A stretch of DNA of 64,000 nt from Alphaproteobacteria bacterium (GCA_965205265.1 CBDBGH010000003.1:2272001-2336000); one strand, 5' to 3'; positions 1-10,523 are shown, counted from the stretch's first letter. Numbers and translations: made by a program. Notes: generated from the letters alone by a model not told the origin.

Positions 1-1429
1 ACGGCTTGAAGGCGGACCCCGGCTGGCGCATTGCCTGGGTTGCGCGGTTGAACTCGCTGCGCTCCGCGTCATAGCCGCCCACCATGGCGAGCACATGCCC
101 GGTATGCGGGTCCATCGCGATCAGCGCGCCCTCGATTTCGGGTATCTGGCGCAGCGCCCATCCGCCCCCGGAAGCCGCCGGCTCCACCGCCACCAGGTCG
201 CCCGCCTCCAGGACCCGGTCCATGCGCTTCGGCTCCGCGCCGACCCTGCCGTTCGTGAGCGCGCGCCTGGCCCATCGGGCTTCCTCCAGCGGGATGCGCC
301 CGGTGCTGCCGTCCTTCAGCAAGATATCGGCGGCCTTTGCCGAAACGCCGGTGACGGCGGCCAGGCGGTAGGGACTGAGCCCCGGCGGGCGGGGCGCGGA
401 TTTCAGCGCCGCTTCGAGGTTGTCCCCGTCCAGCCGGGCGAGGGGGCCGCGCCAGCCGTGGCGGCGGTCATAGGTCTGCAGGCCCGTGCGCAAGGCCCGT
501 TCGCCTGCCCGCTGCAATCCCGGGTCGATGGTGGTGCGGACCGACAGCCCGCCGGAATAGAGCTTCTCCTGTCCGAAGACCTCCATGAGCTCCCGGCGGA
601 CTTCCTCCGAGAACCACTCCGCCTCGAAGAACTCCGTTGCGTCGCGGGAGCGGAGCTCCAGCGGCGCGGCGATGGCCTCCTCGGCCTCGACCGGCGATAT
701 GCGCCCGTCTTCCAGCATCCGGCGCACCACCCAGTTGCGGCGCGTGAGCGCCTGCGCCCGGCGGCGGACGGGGTGGTAGTTGTTGGGCGCCTTGGGCAGG
801 GCGGCGAGAAAGGCCGCTTCGGCGATCGTGAGGTCGTCGAGCGAGCTGTTGAAATAGTTGAGCGCCGCCGCGGCGACGCCGTAGGAGCCGAAGCCCAGAT
901 AGATCTGGTTCAGGTAAAGCTCGAGTATGGCGTCCTTGGGCAGCGCCTTTTCAAGCCGGAGCGCCAGGATCGCCTCCCTGATCTTCCGCTCGACGGTGGC
1001 TTCCGGGCTCAGCAGGAAATTCTTGGCGACCTGCTGCGTGATCGTCGAGCCGCCTACCGGCCGGCGGGCGGATTCGGACAATTTGCTGCGCGCGAAGGTG
1101 TAGCCGGCGCGAAACAGGCCGGCGGGATCGAGGCCGGCATGGCGGTAGAAGCTCTTGTCCTCGGCGGCCAGGAACGCATCCACCACCCGCTTCGGGATGG
1201 CATCGACGGGCACGAACAGCCGGTGCTCGACGGCGAACTCCGCCAGCAGGCGGCCGTCGCCGGCATGCACGCGGGTGGCGACCGGCGGCTCGTAGTCCGC
1301 AAGCCAGCCATAGGCGGGAAGGCCGCGGGAGAAATGGTCGGCCGCGACGAGCGCGGCGCTTCCGGCCGCCACAACGCCCGCGGCGCCAAGCCAGAACAAC
1401 CAGGAGAAGATGCGCCGCAGCCGCCTCAT
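1..1429 (-). CDS. mrcA: Penicillin-binding protein 1A (N-terminal part; gene runs off the left edge)
   Basis: Manual translation from ATG at 1429: MRRLRRIFSWLFWLG (TM) ... YEPPVATRVHAGDG ... AFLAAEDKSFYRHAGLD ... GGSTITQQVAKNFLL, the transglycosylase motifs; divergent from rne as usual in Alphaproteobacteria. Confidence 0.93.
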   Translation of the reverse strand, partial: MRRLRRIFSWLFWLGAAGVVAAGSAALVAADHFSRGLPAYGWLADYEPPVATRVHAGDGRLLAEFAVEHRLFVPVDAIPKRVVDAFLAAEDKSFYRHAGLDPAGLFRAGYTFARSKLSESARRPVGGSTITQQVAKNFLLSPEATVERKIREAILALRLEKALPKDAILELYLNQIYLGFGSYGVAAAALNYFNSSLDDLTIAEAAFLAALPKAPNNYHPVRRRAQALTRRNWVVRRMLEDGRISPVEAEEAIAAPLELRSRDATEFFEAEWFSEEVRRELMEVFGQEKLYSGGLSVRTTIDPGLQRAGERALRTGLQTYDRRHGWRGPLARLDGDNLEAALKSAPRPPGLSPYRLAAVTGVSAKAADILLKDGSTGRIPLEEARWARRALTNGRVGAEPKRMDRVLEAGDLVAVEPAASGGGWALRQIPEIEGALIAMDPHTGHVLAMVGGYDAERSEFNRATQAMRQPGSAFKP

Positions 1430-1792
1430 GAACCCCGGAAAAAGAACAACTTCATGGCAAAATCAAGGCCGGTTTCCCGCGCCGGGATTAGCGCCAGGAT
1501 TAGCGATTGCCGCCAGGCGGTTACCGGGCTAATATAGGGAGTGCTTGCCGGCCTGCGTTCCTGTGCCGAGCGGCCCGTTCCTGTCGCCATCCGAATAGCT
1601 TTTTTCGTTTGCGCCGCCAGTGAAAATCCGGCCGGCCGGGGTCTGCGCGGAACGGCAATGCGCGTTCAATGTCCCATCCACGGCGCGCCCGGGCGGTCGA
1701 GCCCGCGCGATCAGAGGCCGGAATGAGTGTTACGAGCCTGCCGGATCGCCGCCCCCGCCCCTGCGCTGCCGCATACCCGGAGCCCTACCTTA

Positions 1793-4168
1793 ATGACCAG
1801 GAGCATGCTCATCGACGCCGCGCATCCGGAAGAAACCCGGATCGCTGTCGTAAACCAACGCCGGCTTGAGGACTTTGACTACGAAGCCGCCGCCCGGACG
1901 ACCCTGAAAGGCAATATCTATCTCGGCAAGATCGCCCGTGTCGAAGCGTCGCTGCAGGCGGCCTTCGTCGATTACGGCGGCAACCGGCACGGGTTCCTGC
2001 CCTTCGCGGACATCCACCCCGACTATTACCGGCTGCCGCAGGAAGACCGCCAGGCGCTGATCGAGGAGGAAGCGGCCGCGCGCCGCGAAAGCGACCTCGA
2101 AGGCGGCGATGTCGAGGATGACGACGCCGACGAGGCCGAGGCTCAGGCCAATGGCCGCGACGACGCGCAGGAGGACCGGCGCCGGGCCGGCAGGCTGCGC
2201 CGGCAATACAAGATCCAGGAGGTCATCAAGCGCCGCCAGATCGTGCTGGTGCAGGTCTCCAAGGAAGAGCGCGGCACCAAGGGCGCGGCGCTGACCACCT
2301 ATCTCTCGCTCGCCGGACGGTATTGCGTGCTGATGCCGAACACCGGGCATGGCGGCGGCATATCGCGCAAGATCACCAATGCCACCGACCGGCGCAAGCT
2401 GAAGACCATCGTCGAGGGGCTGGAGGTGCCCGACGGCATGGCCGTCATCATGCGGACCGCCGGCGTGAAGCGCACCAAGACCGAGATCAAGCGCGACTAC
2501 GACTTCCTGACGCGCACCTGGGAAGGCATCCGCGAGGACACGCTGTCGAGCACCGCGCCGGCCCTCATCTACGAGGAGGCCGACCTGGTGAAGCGGGCGA
2601 TCCGCGACATCTACGGGCGGGATATCGACCAGGTGCTGGTCGAGGGCGACCGGGCCTATCGCAGCGCCAAGGATTTCATGAAGGCGCTGATGCCGAGCCA
2701 TGCGAAACGGGTGCAACAGTACAAGGACCGGCCGGAGCCGCTGTTCGTCGCCCACGGCATCGAGGACCAGCTCTACGACCTGCACACGGCGCGGGTGGAG
2801 CTTCCGTCCGGCGGCTATCTGGTCATCGATTCGACCGAGGCGCTGGTCGCCATCGACGTGAATTCGGGCCGCGCGACGCGCGAGCGCAATATCGAGGAGA
2901 CCGCCGTCAAGACCAACCTCGAAGCCGCGGACGAAGTGGCCCGCCAGCTTCGCCTGCGCGACCTCGCCGGCCTCATCGTGATCGACTTCATCGACATGGA
3001 CGAAAGGCGCAACAACGCCCAGGTCGAACGCCGGCTCAAGGATGCGCTGAGCAGCGACCGGGCCCGCGTCCAGGTCGGGCGGATCAGCGCGCTCGGGCTG
3101 CTGGAGATGTCGCGCCAGCGGCTCAGGCCGAGCATTCACGAAAGCAGCACCGTCGCCTGCCCGCATTGCGACGGCAGCGGCTTCATGCGGTCCGTCGAAT
3201 CGAGCGCGCTCCAGACCGCCCGCGCCATCGAGCAGGAGGCGCTGAGCGGCGGCCACGGCGTGCTGTCGGTGTATCTCTCCACCGACACCGCGCTCTATCT
3301 GCTCAACTACAAGCGGAACCTGCTGAACCGCCTTGCCGGCGACCATGGGGTCGAAGTCCTGCTTCAGCGCGACGATTCGCAGCCGCCCGGCACCTGGCGT
3401 TTCGAGAGCCTTGCGCCGAAACCCCGGGAGGAGGAGGACGCAGCCGGGCCGGCCCCCGCCGGCGCCGCCGCCGGAGAAACGGCGCCCGAGGCCGAAGACG
3501 ACGACGAGGAAGGCGGGACGAAGCGCAGGCGCCGCAGCCGGCGGGGCGGCCGGCGGCGGCGGAACGGCGCGGCCGAGGAGGCTGCGGCCGTCGAAGCAGC
3601 CCCCGCTTCCGTGTCCGGCGAGGCCCAAGCCGCCGGCGAACCGGCCGCCGAGGAGACGCCGAAACCGCCGCGCCGGAGACGCCGCGCCGCTGCCGCGCCA
3701 GACGCGGCGAACGTTACGAATGGCGGCGCTCGCGCCGCTGCGAGCGCCGCGCCGGAGCCCGAAGCGCAGGAGGCCGAGGCCGTTCCCGCCGCCGGGGCGG
3801 AGGCCGTCGAGGAGGCGCCGAAGCCGAGGCGCCGCCGCACCCGCCGCAAGAAAGAGGAAGCGCCGGCCGAGGCTGCCGCGGAGCCTGCAGCGGAAGAGGC
3901 CGAGGCCGCTCCCCCGGCGGAAACGGACGGTGCGGAAGCGCCGGAGGAGGCCCCGAAGCCGAGGCGCCGCCGCACCCGCCGCAAGAAGGAAGACGCCCCC
4001 GAGGCCGCCGCTGCCGATGCGCAGCAGCCGGAGGCGCCCGCTGCCGAGCCTGCGGCGCAGGAACCGCCTTCGCAGGAACCGCCGCCGGAACCGGCCCCCG
4101 CTGCGGCCGGCGAGCCGGAGGCCCCCCGCCGGGCCGGATGGTGGCGCCGGCAGCTGAGCCGGGTCTGA
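1793..4168 (+). CDS. rne: Ribonuclease E/G
   Basis: MLIDAAHPEETRIAVV, S1 domain (GNIYLGKIARVEASLQAAFVDYG), AIDVNSG, DLAGLIVIDFIDM, CPHC Zn-link, acidic/Arg-rich disordered tail ending GWW; ATG 1793 preferred over 1727. Confidence 0.97.
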   Translation: MTRSMLIDAAHPEETRIAVVNQRRLEDFDYEAAARTTLKGNIYLGKIARVEASLQAAFVDYGGNRHGFLPFADIHPDYYRLPQEDRQALIEEEAAARRESDLEGGDVEDDDADEAEAQANGRDDAQEDRRRAGRLRRQYKIQEVIKRRQIVLVQVSKEERGTKGAALTTYLSLAGRYCVLMPNTGHGGGISRKITNATDRRKLKTIVEGLEVPDGMAVIMRTAGVKRTKTEIKRDYDFLTRTWEGIREDTLSSTAPALIYEEADLVKRAIRDIYGRDIDQVLVEGDRAYRSAKDFMKALMPSHAKRVQQYKDRPEPLFVAHGIEDQLYDLHTARVELPSGGYLVIDSTEALVAIDVNSGRATRERNIEETAVKTNLEAADEVARQLRLRDLAGLIVIDFIDMDERRNNAQVERRLKDALSSDRARVQVGRISALGLLEMSRQRLRPSIHESSTVACPHCDGSGFMRSVESSALQTARAIEQEALSGGHGVLSVYLSTDTALYLLNYKRNLLNRLAGDHGVEVLLQRDDSQPPGTWRFESLAPKPREEEDAAGPAPAGAAAGETAPEAEDDDEEGGTKRRRRSRRGGRRRRNGAAEEAAAVEAAPASVSGEAQAAGEPAAEETPKPPRRRRRAAAAPDAANVTNGGARAAASAAPEPEAQEAEAVPAAGAEAVEEAPKPRRRRTRRKKEEAPAEAAAEPAAEEAEAAPPAETDGAEAPEEAPKPRRRRTRRKKEDAPEAAAADAQQPEAPAAEPAAQEPPSQEPPPEPAPAAAGEPEAPRRAGWWRRQLSRV

Positions 4169-4247
4169 TACCAGTGGTCGTCGATTGGAACTTGCGCCGA
4201 CGGCCGCCGGAAACCTCCTCCCCCGTTTCTGGGGCGGCCTTCTCTTT

Positions 4248-4380
4248 CCCCTCCCCCGCTTGCGGGGGAGGCCGGGTGGGGGGCCGCTTGCGCGCCAGCG
4301 TAAGCGGCGGGCGAAGCCCGATTAAGGACCCGTCACGCCGAGAGGCTCTCCCCCAACCCCTCCCGCCCAGCGGGAGGGGA
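4248..4380. repeat. Intergenic two-arm palindromic (RIME/REP-like) repeat
   Basis: CCCTCCCCCGCTTGCGGGGGAGG..GGGTGGGGG and the inverse-type arm CTCTCCCCAACCCCTCCCGCCCAGCGGGAGGGG downstream of rne. Confidence 0.6.
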
Positions 4381-4463
4381 GGCGGAACGAAAGGCCCCCG
4401 AAACATGGGGCCTGCTTTGAGCGCCTTGGTCTGAATCCCCAAGCGAAAGGACCCGACTGCGCC

Positions 4464-5264
4464 ATGACGAGCAATGGCAAGATGGAACTGCGCTTCGACG
4501 GAAGCGTGGCAATCCTCGCCTTCAACGACCCGGCGGTGCTGAACGCGATAGGCCACCGCATGCGCGAGGATTTCTCCGCCGCGCTGGACCGCATCGAGGC
4601 GAGCGGCGCGCGCTGCATCCTGCTGACGGGCAATGGCCGCGCCTTCTGCTCGGGCGCGAACCTGAACGATCCCGACCGGCCGCCGCGCGACCGGAAGGCG
4701 GAGGCGCGCGGCGAGCAGAAGAGCGACCTGGAGGGCTGGTACAACCCGACCCTGGAGCGCCTGCGCGCGTCTCCCGTCCCGGTCGTCTCCGCCGTCAACG
4801 GCGCCGCCGCCGGCATCGGCATGAGCTTCGCGCTCTCGGCCGACATCCGCATCGCCGCGAGGTCCGGCTATTTCCTCCAGGCCTTCGCGCGCATCGGCCT
4901 CGTGCCCGACGGCGGGGCAACATGGATCCTGCCGCGCCTTGTCGGCATGGCCCGCGCGATGGAGCTCTCCATGCTGGCGGAACGGCTGCCGGCGGAGACG
5001 GCGCTCGAATGGGGCATGGTCAACCGTGTCGTGGACGACGAGACGCTGATGGACGAGGCGATGGCGATGGCGCGCCGGCTCGCCGACGGCCCGGCTTCGC
5101 TCGGCCTGATCCGCCGGCTCTACTGGCAGAGCCTGGAACAGGGCTACAGCGCGCAGCTCAAGGCGGAGGCCGACACCCAGACCGTCGCCGCCCGGACGCG
5201 GGATTACGAGGAGGGCGTGGCCGCTTTCCGCGAGAAGCGCCCGGCGGTTTTTGCGGGCCGCTGA
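4464..5264 (+). CDS. Enoyl-CoA hydratase/isomerase (PaaG-like)
   Basis: AFCSGANL, AVNGAAAGIG, RIGLVPDGG, EGVAAFREKRP motifs. Confidence 0.93.
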   Translation: MTSNGKMELRFDGSVAILAFNDPAVLNAIGHRMREDFSAALDRIEASGARCILLTGNGRAFCSGANLNDPDRPPRDRKAEARGEQKSDLEGWYNPTLERLRASPVPVVSAVNGAAAGIGMSFALSADIRIAARSGYFLQAFARIGLVPDGGATWILPRLVGMARAMELSMLAERLPAETALEWGMVNRVVDDETLMDEAMAMARRLADGPASLGLIRRLYWQSLEQGYSAQLKAEADTQTVAARTRDYEEGVAAFREKRPAVFAGR

Positions 5265-5270
5265 GAGGGG

Positions 5271-5360
5271 CCGTTTGAGAATAGCGGCGGCGCCCCTGCT
5301 GCGTCGCCCCGGCCCGGTCGCCGTTCGCCCGAATACCGCGAGGCGCCCATTCTCAAACGG
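5271..5360. repeat. Small MITE-like element with 12-bp terminal inverted repeats
   Basis: CCGTTTGAGAAT (5271-5282) and ATTCTCAAACGG (5349-5360). Confidence 0.45.
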
Positions 5361-5557
5361 ACTCTGGAGCAGGACCCGTTCAAGTTGAACCGGAAGTCCC
5401 GCCGTCCTTCGATACGCGCCGGCCTTCGCAGGACGAAGGCCGGCGCTACTCAGGATAAGGGGGGAGATGAAGGCCGGTCGCTCGTGCGCGCCGCTACTCG
5501 GGATGAGAGGAAAGCGGCGCTGAGAGGCGTCGGGGGCAATGTGTGAGTCCAGCAGCT

Positions 5558-6712
5558 CTATCCCGCCCGGCTCACAAACGAGGCGAGCCGGTCCATCGCC
5601 GCTTCGACATCCTCCGTCGCGGCGCAGTAGCTGAGGCGGACGGTGCGGCTGCCGCGCTCCCGGTCGAAATCGACGCCGGGAGTGATCGCCACGCCGGTTT
5701 CGTCCAGCAGCCGCCGGCAGAAGGCCATGCTGTCATTCGTCAGGCGGCCGATATCGGCATAGACGTAGAAGGCGCCGTCCGGCGTCGCGAAGTCGGAAAT
5801 ACCCATGGCCGGCAGGGCGGAGAGCAGGATCTCCCGATTGCGGGCATAGCGCCGGACATTGCCCTCCAGTTCCTCGCGGCAGTCGAAGGCGGCGAGCGCG
5901 GCGTATTGGGACACTGTCGGCGTGTTCAGGAACAGGTTCTGCCCCAGCCGCTCCACCGCAACCGTGAGGTCCTCCGGCAATATCAGCCAGCCGACCCGCC
6001 AGCCGGTCATGGAAAAGTATTTCGAGAAGCTGTTGACCGTGATGGCGGAGGGCGAGCCGGCCGCCGTCGCCTCCTCCATGCCGTATGCAATGCCGTGGTA
6101 GATCTCGTCCGAGACCAGGCGAACGCCGCGGTCGTGGCACCAGGCCGCCAGGCGGGCGAGCGCGTCCGGCGGCAGCATGGAGCCCGTCGGATTCGACGGG
6201 CTCGCCACCACCAGCCCGTCTATCGGCCCCTCGACCCGTTCCAGGAGTTCGGGCGTCGGCTGGAAGCGCGTATCCGGCCCCGTCGGCACCTGCACGGTCT
6301 CGATGCCGAGCGCCCCCAGCATGTTGCGGTAACAGGGATAGCTCGGGTCGGTGAGCACCACCCGCGCGCCGGCGTCGAAGGCGGCGAGAAAGGCGAGCAC
6401 GAAACCGCCGGACGACCCCGTTGTGACGAACACCCGCTCCGGGGCGACCTCCTCGCCGTAATGCTCGCGGTAGTGAAGCGCGATACGCCGGCGCAGCGCA
6501 TCGATGCCCGGCGCGTCCGTATAGCCGAGCACCCGGTCGTCGATCGCGGCCTTTGCCGCCTCCCGGGCGCCGGCCGGTGCGGGCGTGCTCGGCTGCCCGA
6601 TCTGGAGGGGGAATACCGCCTTGCCGGCCGCCGCGCGCTCGCCGGCCGCGCGCAGCACCTGCAGGACGATGAACGGGTCGATTCCGCCCCGCCGGGACAC
6701 GTGAAAGGGCAT
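5558..6712 (-). CDS. PLP-dependent aminotransferase class I/II
   Basis: SPSNPTG, VSDEIYHG, NSFSKYFSMTGWRVGW; start trimmed to MPFHVS at 6712. Confidence 0.93.
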   Translation of the reverse strand: MPFHVSRRGGIDPFIVLQVLRAAGERAAAGKAVFPLQIGQPSTPAPAGAREAAKAAIDDRVLGYTDAPGIDALRRRIALHYREHYGEEVAPERVFVTTGSSGGFVLAFLAAFDAGARVVLTDPSYPCYRNMLGALGIETVQVPTGPDTRFQPTPELLERVEGPIDGLVVASPSNPTGSMLPPDALARLAAWCHDRGVRLVSDEIYHGIAYGMEEATAAGSPSAITVNSFSKYFSMTGWRVGWLILPEDLTVAVERLGQNLFLNTPTVSQYAALAAFDCREELEGNVRRYARNREILLSALPAMGISDFATPDGAFYVYADIGRLTNDSMAFCRRLLDETGVAITPGVDFDRERGSRTVRLSYCAATEDVEAAMDRLASFVSRAG

Positions 6713-6719
6713 CGGCGTC

Positions 6720-7967
6720 TTACTCTTCGAAGACCTGGACCGCCAGTCCCGCGCCGCGCGGGTCCGCATGGGCCCGGCAAGCCGGTCCGGGATTGCCCGG
6801 GTCCCAGGCCTGGCAGAGAATCGCCGCGGCAATGCCGGTCCGCCCGGAGCCGATCCCCGACGCCGCGCCGGCAAGGCGGATGTCGCCGCCGGACTCCAGG
6901 GTCACCAGAAACGGCGCAATCGCGGGGCCGGCCCGTCCCGCGCGCGCCGGAGCCGCAATCGCCATGCCGGCGCCCGCAGCCGCGCGGCCCACCCCGAAGG
7001 GCGCGTTCATGGTCAATCCGCAGGCGACCGCAAGCCCGTCGGCGTCCACCACAGCAAAGCCGGTCCCGTCCTCCGGCATGTCCTGCGCCCCGCCGTCCGG
7101 CGCGGCCGGGCCGCCGTCATCCTTGAGGAGCCGGCGCCAGAAGGCGGCCCGCTCCGGCCCCGCGCTCGCTTCCTCTGTGGCGAACCAGGCCCGCCACGGA
7201 TCGTCCGCGACGGGAACCGGCTCGCGCGCCGAGGGGACACCGCGTGCCAGCGCCGCCCCGTCGAGACGGTATCCGGCAGCCGTCGTGCCCCGCATCAGCC
7301 CTGCCGCTAGGGAGCCGGACCGGAGGGCAGCCGGACCGTCGAGGCGTATCCGTTGCAGCGCCCGCCCGAGTTCCGCCTGAACCAGCAGCGCCCCTTCCGC
7401 CAACGGCCGGCCGGGCAGCACCGCCCGCGCCCTGGCCGGGGCGGCCTCGATGTCCCGCGCGAAAGCCCGCGACACCCGGTGGCCGAGCAGCGCCAGCCGC
7501 TCCGCCGCCACCGGCACGGCACCCCAGCGCAGCTTGCCATGCGCGGCGTGCATGAGCGCCAGCCCTCTCACCAGCATGGGCGGCGGCGCCTCGCCCTCCC
7601 GGCTCTCGGGGTGAATGAAGGAATAGGCCCATCGATCGCCGTCTTCCGAATCGTTCACGAGGCAGACGCCGCCCGCCCACAGGCTGGCGCGGGACGGCAA
7701 GGTCACGGCAAGCGCCATGGCCAGCGCCGCCGCCGCATCGACGGCGGAACCGCCGGCTCTGAGAACGTCGCGCGCCGCGAGCGCGGCATTGGGCTCGCCG
7801 GCCGCGACGCTGCCGAGCCAGGTCTGGCGCGGCACGGCGGCCTGCTCGACGCCGGGCACGACCCCGCAGGCGCCCAGCAGAAGCGGGAACAGAAGCGCCG
7901 CCGCCGATTGACGACGGGGGAGCCGACGCCTAGCTTGCCCGCGACGCCTTGCGAGGTCGCCATCCAT
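6720..7967 (-). CDS. Gamma-glutamyltransferase-family lipoprotein
   Basis: Lipobox LLLGAC, ARDVLRAGGSAVDAA, FAVVDADGLAVACGLTMNAPFG; start uncertain. Confidence 0.75.
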   Translation of the reverse strand: MDGDLARRRGQARRRLPRRQSAAALLFPLLLGACGVVPGVEQAAVPRQTWLGSVAAGEPNAALAARDVLRAGGSAVDAAAALAMALAVTLPSRASLWAGGVCLVNDSEDGDRWAYSFIHPESREGEAPPPMLVRGLALMHAAHGKLRWGAVPVAAERLALLGHRVSRAFARDIEAAPARARAVLPGRPLAEGALLVQAELGRALQRIRLDGPAALRSGSLAAGLMRGTTAAGYRLDGAALARGVPSAREPVPVADDPWRAWFATEEASAGPERAAFWRRLLKDDGGPAAPDGGAQDMPEDGTGFAVVDADGLAVACGLTMNAPFGVGRAAAGAGMAIAAPARAGRAGPAIAPFLVTLESGGDIRLAGAASGIGSGRTGIAAAILCQAWDPGNPGPACRAHADPRGAGLAVQVFEE

Positions 7968-9318
7968 GAGGCCCATGCGATCCCTTCTCTGCGGCCTCTT
8001 CGCCGCTTTGCTTGCATTTTCGGCTGCTGCGCCTTCCGAAGCCCGGTCCGTCGAACTGGTCCGCGACGCGGAGATAGAGGAAACGCTTCGCGTCTTTGCG
8101 GGTCCGGTCTTCGAAGCCGCCGGTCTTTCGCCGGAAAGCATACGCCTGCATCTCGTGAATAGCGACCAGGTGAACGCCTTCGTTTCCAACGGGATGCGCA
8201 TATTCCTGTACACGGGGCTGTTGCGGATCAGCGAGAGCCCCGGCCAGGTCATCGGCGTGATCGCGCATGAAACGGGCCATATCGTCGGCGGCCACCTGGC
8301 CCGGCTCAGGAAGGAGGCCGAGACGCGCACGACGCAGGCGATCCTCTCGACGGCGCTCGGCGCGGCTGCCGGCATCGCGACGGGGGACCCGCGCATCGCG
8401 CAGGCGCTGATATCGGGCGGCATCACGCTGGCCGAGCACGGCCTGCTGCGTCATTCCCGCACCGAGGAGTCGGCGGCCGACCAGGCGGCCTTGCAGTATC
8501 TCGACCGGGCGGAAGTCTCATCGCGGGGCTTCGCGGAATTCCTCGGGATTCTCGAGCACCGCGAAACGATCGCAGGAGGCGGCGGGGATATCTATCGACG
8601 CACCCACCCCCTCACCGAAGACCGTATCCGGATCGTGCGCGACCATGCGGCGCAATCCCGCTGGACCGGGAGGAAACTGCCGGACGACTTTCACCGCCGC
8701 CATGCCAGGATGGTCGCCAAGCTCGACGGATTTCTCAGTCCTCCCGAGGAGACGCTTGCGCGCTACGATGCCTCGGACAAGGGCGTTGCGGCGCGTTACG
8801 CCCGCGCCATCGCCTACTACCGCATCCCGAAGCTCCGCGAGGCGCTCGCCCTGATCGACGGGCTGATCGCCGAAGCGCCGAAAGACCCCTATTTTCGCGA
8901 ACTCCGGGGCCAGATGCTGTTCGAGAACGGGCGCGGCGCAGAGGCGCTCGAAGCCTACCGGCAGGCGGTTCTGCTCTCTCCCCATGCAGGCCTCATCCGC
9001 GTCGAGCTGGGCCGGGCCGCCATCGAGGTCGGTACGCGGGAGACGCTCGGGGAGGCTGTCCGCAACCTGCGCGAGGTCGTCCGCCGCACGCCCCGAAGCG
9101 CCAGCGGCTGGTACTGGCTCGGCATCGCCGAGGGCCGTTCGGGCCGACCGGACTTCGCAGACCTTGCGCTGGCCGAACACGCCATTCTCACGGGCGATGT
9201 CCACCGCGCCGCTTCGCTTGCCGGCCGCGCGGTCCGCAAGCTCCCGGAAAACTCCGCCGACTGGCACCGGGCGCAGGACATTCTCAACCGCATCAGGCCC
9301 GGCAAGGCGAAGAATTAG
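7966..9318 (+). CDS. M48 Zn-metalloprotease with TPR repeats (BepA/YfgC-like)
   Basis: Signal peptide, VNAF, HETGH zinc motif, ESAADQ, THP, TPR-like C-terminus. Confidence 0.92.
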   Translation: MRPMRSLLCGLFAALLAFSAAAPSEARSVELVRDAEIEETLRVFAGPVFEAAGLSPESIRLHLVNSDQVNAFVSNGMRIFLYTGLLRISESPGQVIGVIAHETGHIVGGHLARLRKEAETRTTQAILSTALGAAAGIATGDPRIAQALISGGITLAEHGLLRHSRTEESAADQAALQYLDRAEVSSRGFAEFLGILEHRETIAGGGGDIYRRTHPLTEDRIRIVRDHAAQSRWTGRKLPDDFHRRHARMVAKLDGFLSPPEETLARYDASDKGVAARYARAIAYYRIPKLREALALIDGLIAEAPKDPYFRELRGQMLFENGRGAEALEAYRQAVLLSPHAGLIRVELGRAAIEVGTRETLGEAVRNLREVVRRTPRSASGWYWLGIAEGRSGRPDFADLALAEHAILTGDVHRAASLAGRAVRKLPENSADWHRAQDILNRIRPGKAKN

Positions 9319-9367
9319 TACTGGCGGCCCCCGCGTTCGCGGGGGCAGACGCACAAGACAAGGAGGG

Positions 9368-10450
9368 ATGATGGGCAACTCCGGGAAGGCGATGGCGCGC
9401 GCTCGCGAGTTCGCCGATGCGCATGGCCTTCAGGCGCCGATATTGCTGGCGCCGATGGCCGGAGCCTGTCCGGCTTCATTGTCGATCGCCGTAGCGAACG
9501 GAGGCGGAATGGGCGCCTGCGGCGTGTTGATGATGAGCGCCGGGCAGATTGCCGACTGGGTCCGTGAAATGCGCTCGGGGTCGAACGGCGCCTTCCAGCT
9601 CAACACCTGGATTCCGGACCCCGATCCGGAGCGGGATCCAGACCATGAGCGCTCGGTCCGCGAGTTCCTGTCCTGCTGGGGTCCGGCGGCGCCGGAAGAC
9701 GCGGCCGACACGCCGCCGCCCGACTTCGCCGGTCAGTGCGAGGCGATGCTCGACGCCGGGCCCGCCGCGATCTCGTCCATCATGGGCCTTTATCCTCCGG
9801 AATTCGTCTCCCGAATGAAGCAGCGCAAGATCCGCTGGTTCGCGACCGCCACCACCGTCGCCGAAGCGGTCATGGCCGAAGAGGCCGGCGCCGACGTCAT
9901 CGTGGCGCAGGGCATGGAGGCGGGCGGTCATCGGGGCGCATTCGACGGAGCCGATGCCGGGCCGAACATGGTCGGCCTGTTTTCGCTCGTGCCGGCTGTT
10001 GTGGACGCCGTCCGGACGCCGGTTGTCGCCACCGGAGGCATCGCCGACGCCAGAGGGGTTTCCGCCGCGCTTCTTCTCGGCGCTTCCGCCGTCCAGATCG
10101 GCACGGGGTTTCTGCGTGCGCCGGAAGCGAAACTCCCGTCGGCATGGGCGGCTGCGCTCGGCGATGTCCGGCCTGAGGACACCATCGCCACCCGCGCGTT
10201 TTCGGGACGCCTCGGTCGAAGCATCCGTACCCGATACGCGATCGCAGCGGCGTCTCCGGAAGCGCCGGCGCCGGCGCCATATCCGATCCAGCGGCATCTC
10301 ACACAGGCGATGCGAAGCGAAGCCGCCAGGACCGACGACCTTGCCGGCATGCAGGCCTGGGCCGGTCAGTCAGCCAGGCTTGCGCCCACAGCTTCAGCTA
10401 CGGATACGACCATCGCTCTCTGGGAGGAGGTCCAGTCCATTCTCGATTGA
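9368..10450 (+). CDS. Nitronate monooxygenase family flavoprotein
   Basis: APILLAPMAG, AQGMEAGGHRG, ATGGIADARG, AVQIGTGFL; RBS AAGGAGG before ATG 9368. Confidence 0.92.
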   Translation: MMGNSGKAMARAREFADAHGLQAPILLAPMAGACPASLSIAVANGGGMGACGVLMMSAGQIADWVREMRSGSNGAFQLNTWIPDPDPERDPDHERSVREFLSCWGPAAPEDAADTPPPDFAGQCEAMLDAGPAAISSIMGLYPPEFVSRMKQRKIRWFATATTVAEAVMAEEAGADVIVAQGMEAGGHRGAFDGADAGPNMVGLFSLVPAVVDAVRTPVVATGGIADARGVSAALLLGASAVQIGTGFLRAPEAKLPSAWAAALGDVRPEDTIATRAFSGRLGRSIRTRYAIAAASPEAPAPAPYPIQRHLTQAMRSEAARTDDLAGMQAWAGQSARLAPTASATDTTIALWEEVQSILD

Positions 10451-10523
10451 GTGCGCCTGAACGGGGCGCGGGCCTTCGCAATGCCACAGCCGGCTTTCAT
10501 CGCCGCCGCGGCTCCGCCGGGCG

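Noticed and set aside
95-1537. 480-aa plus-strand ORF
   Set aside because: Antisense shadow of PBP1A in high-GC DNA; the same applies to the long shadow ORFs over rne, the his genes, tctA and the transposases
3806-3995. Direct repeats encoding EEAPKPRRRRTRRKKE
   Set aside because: In-frame low-complexity duplication in the RNase E disordered tail; not CRISPR
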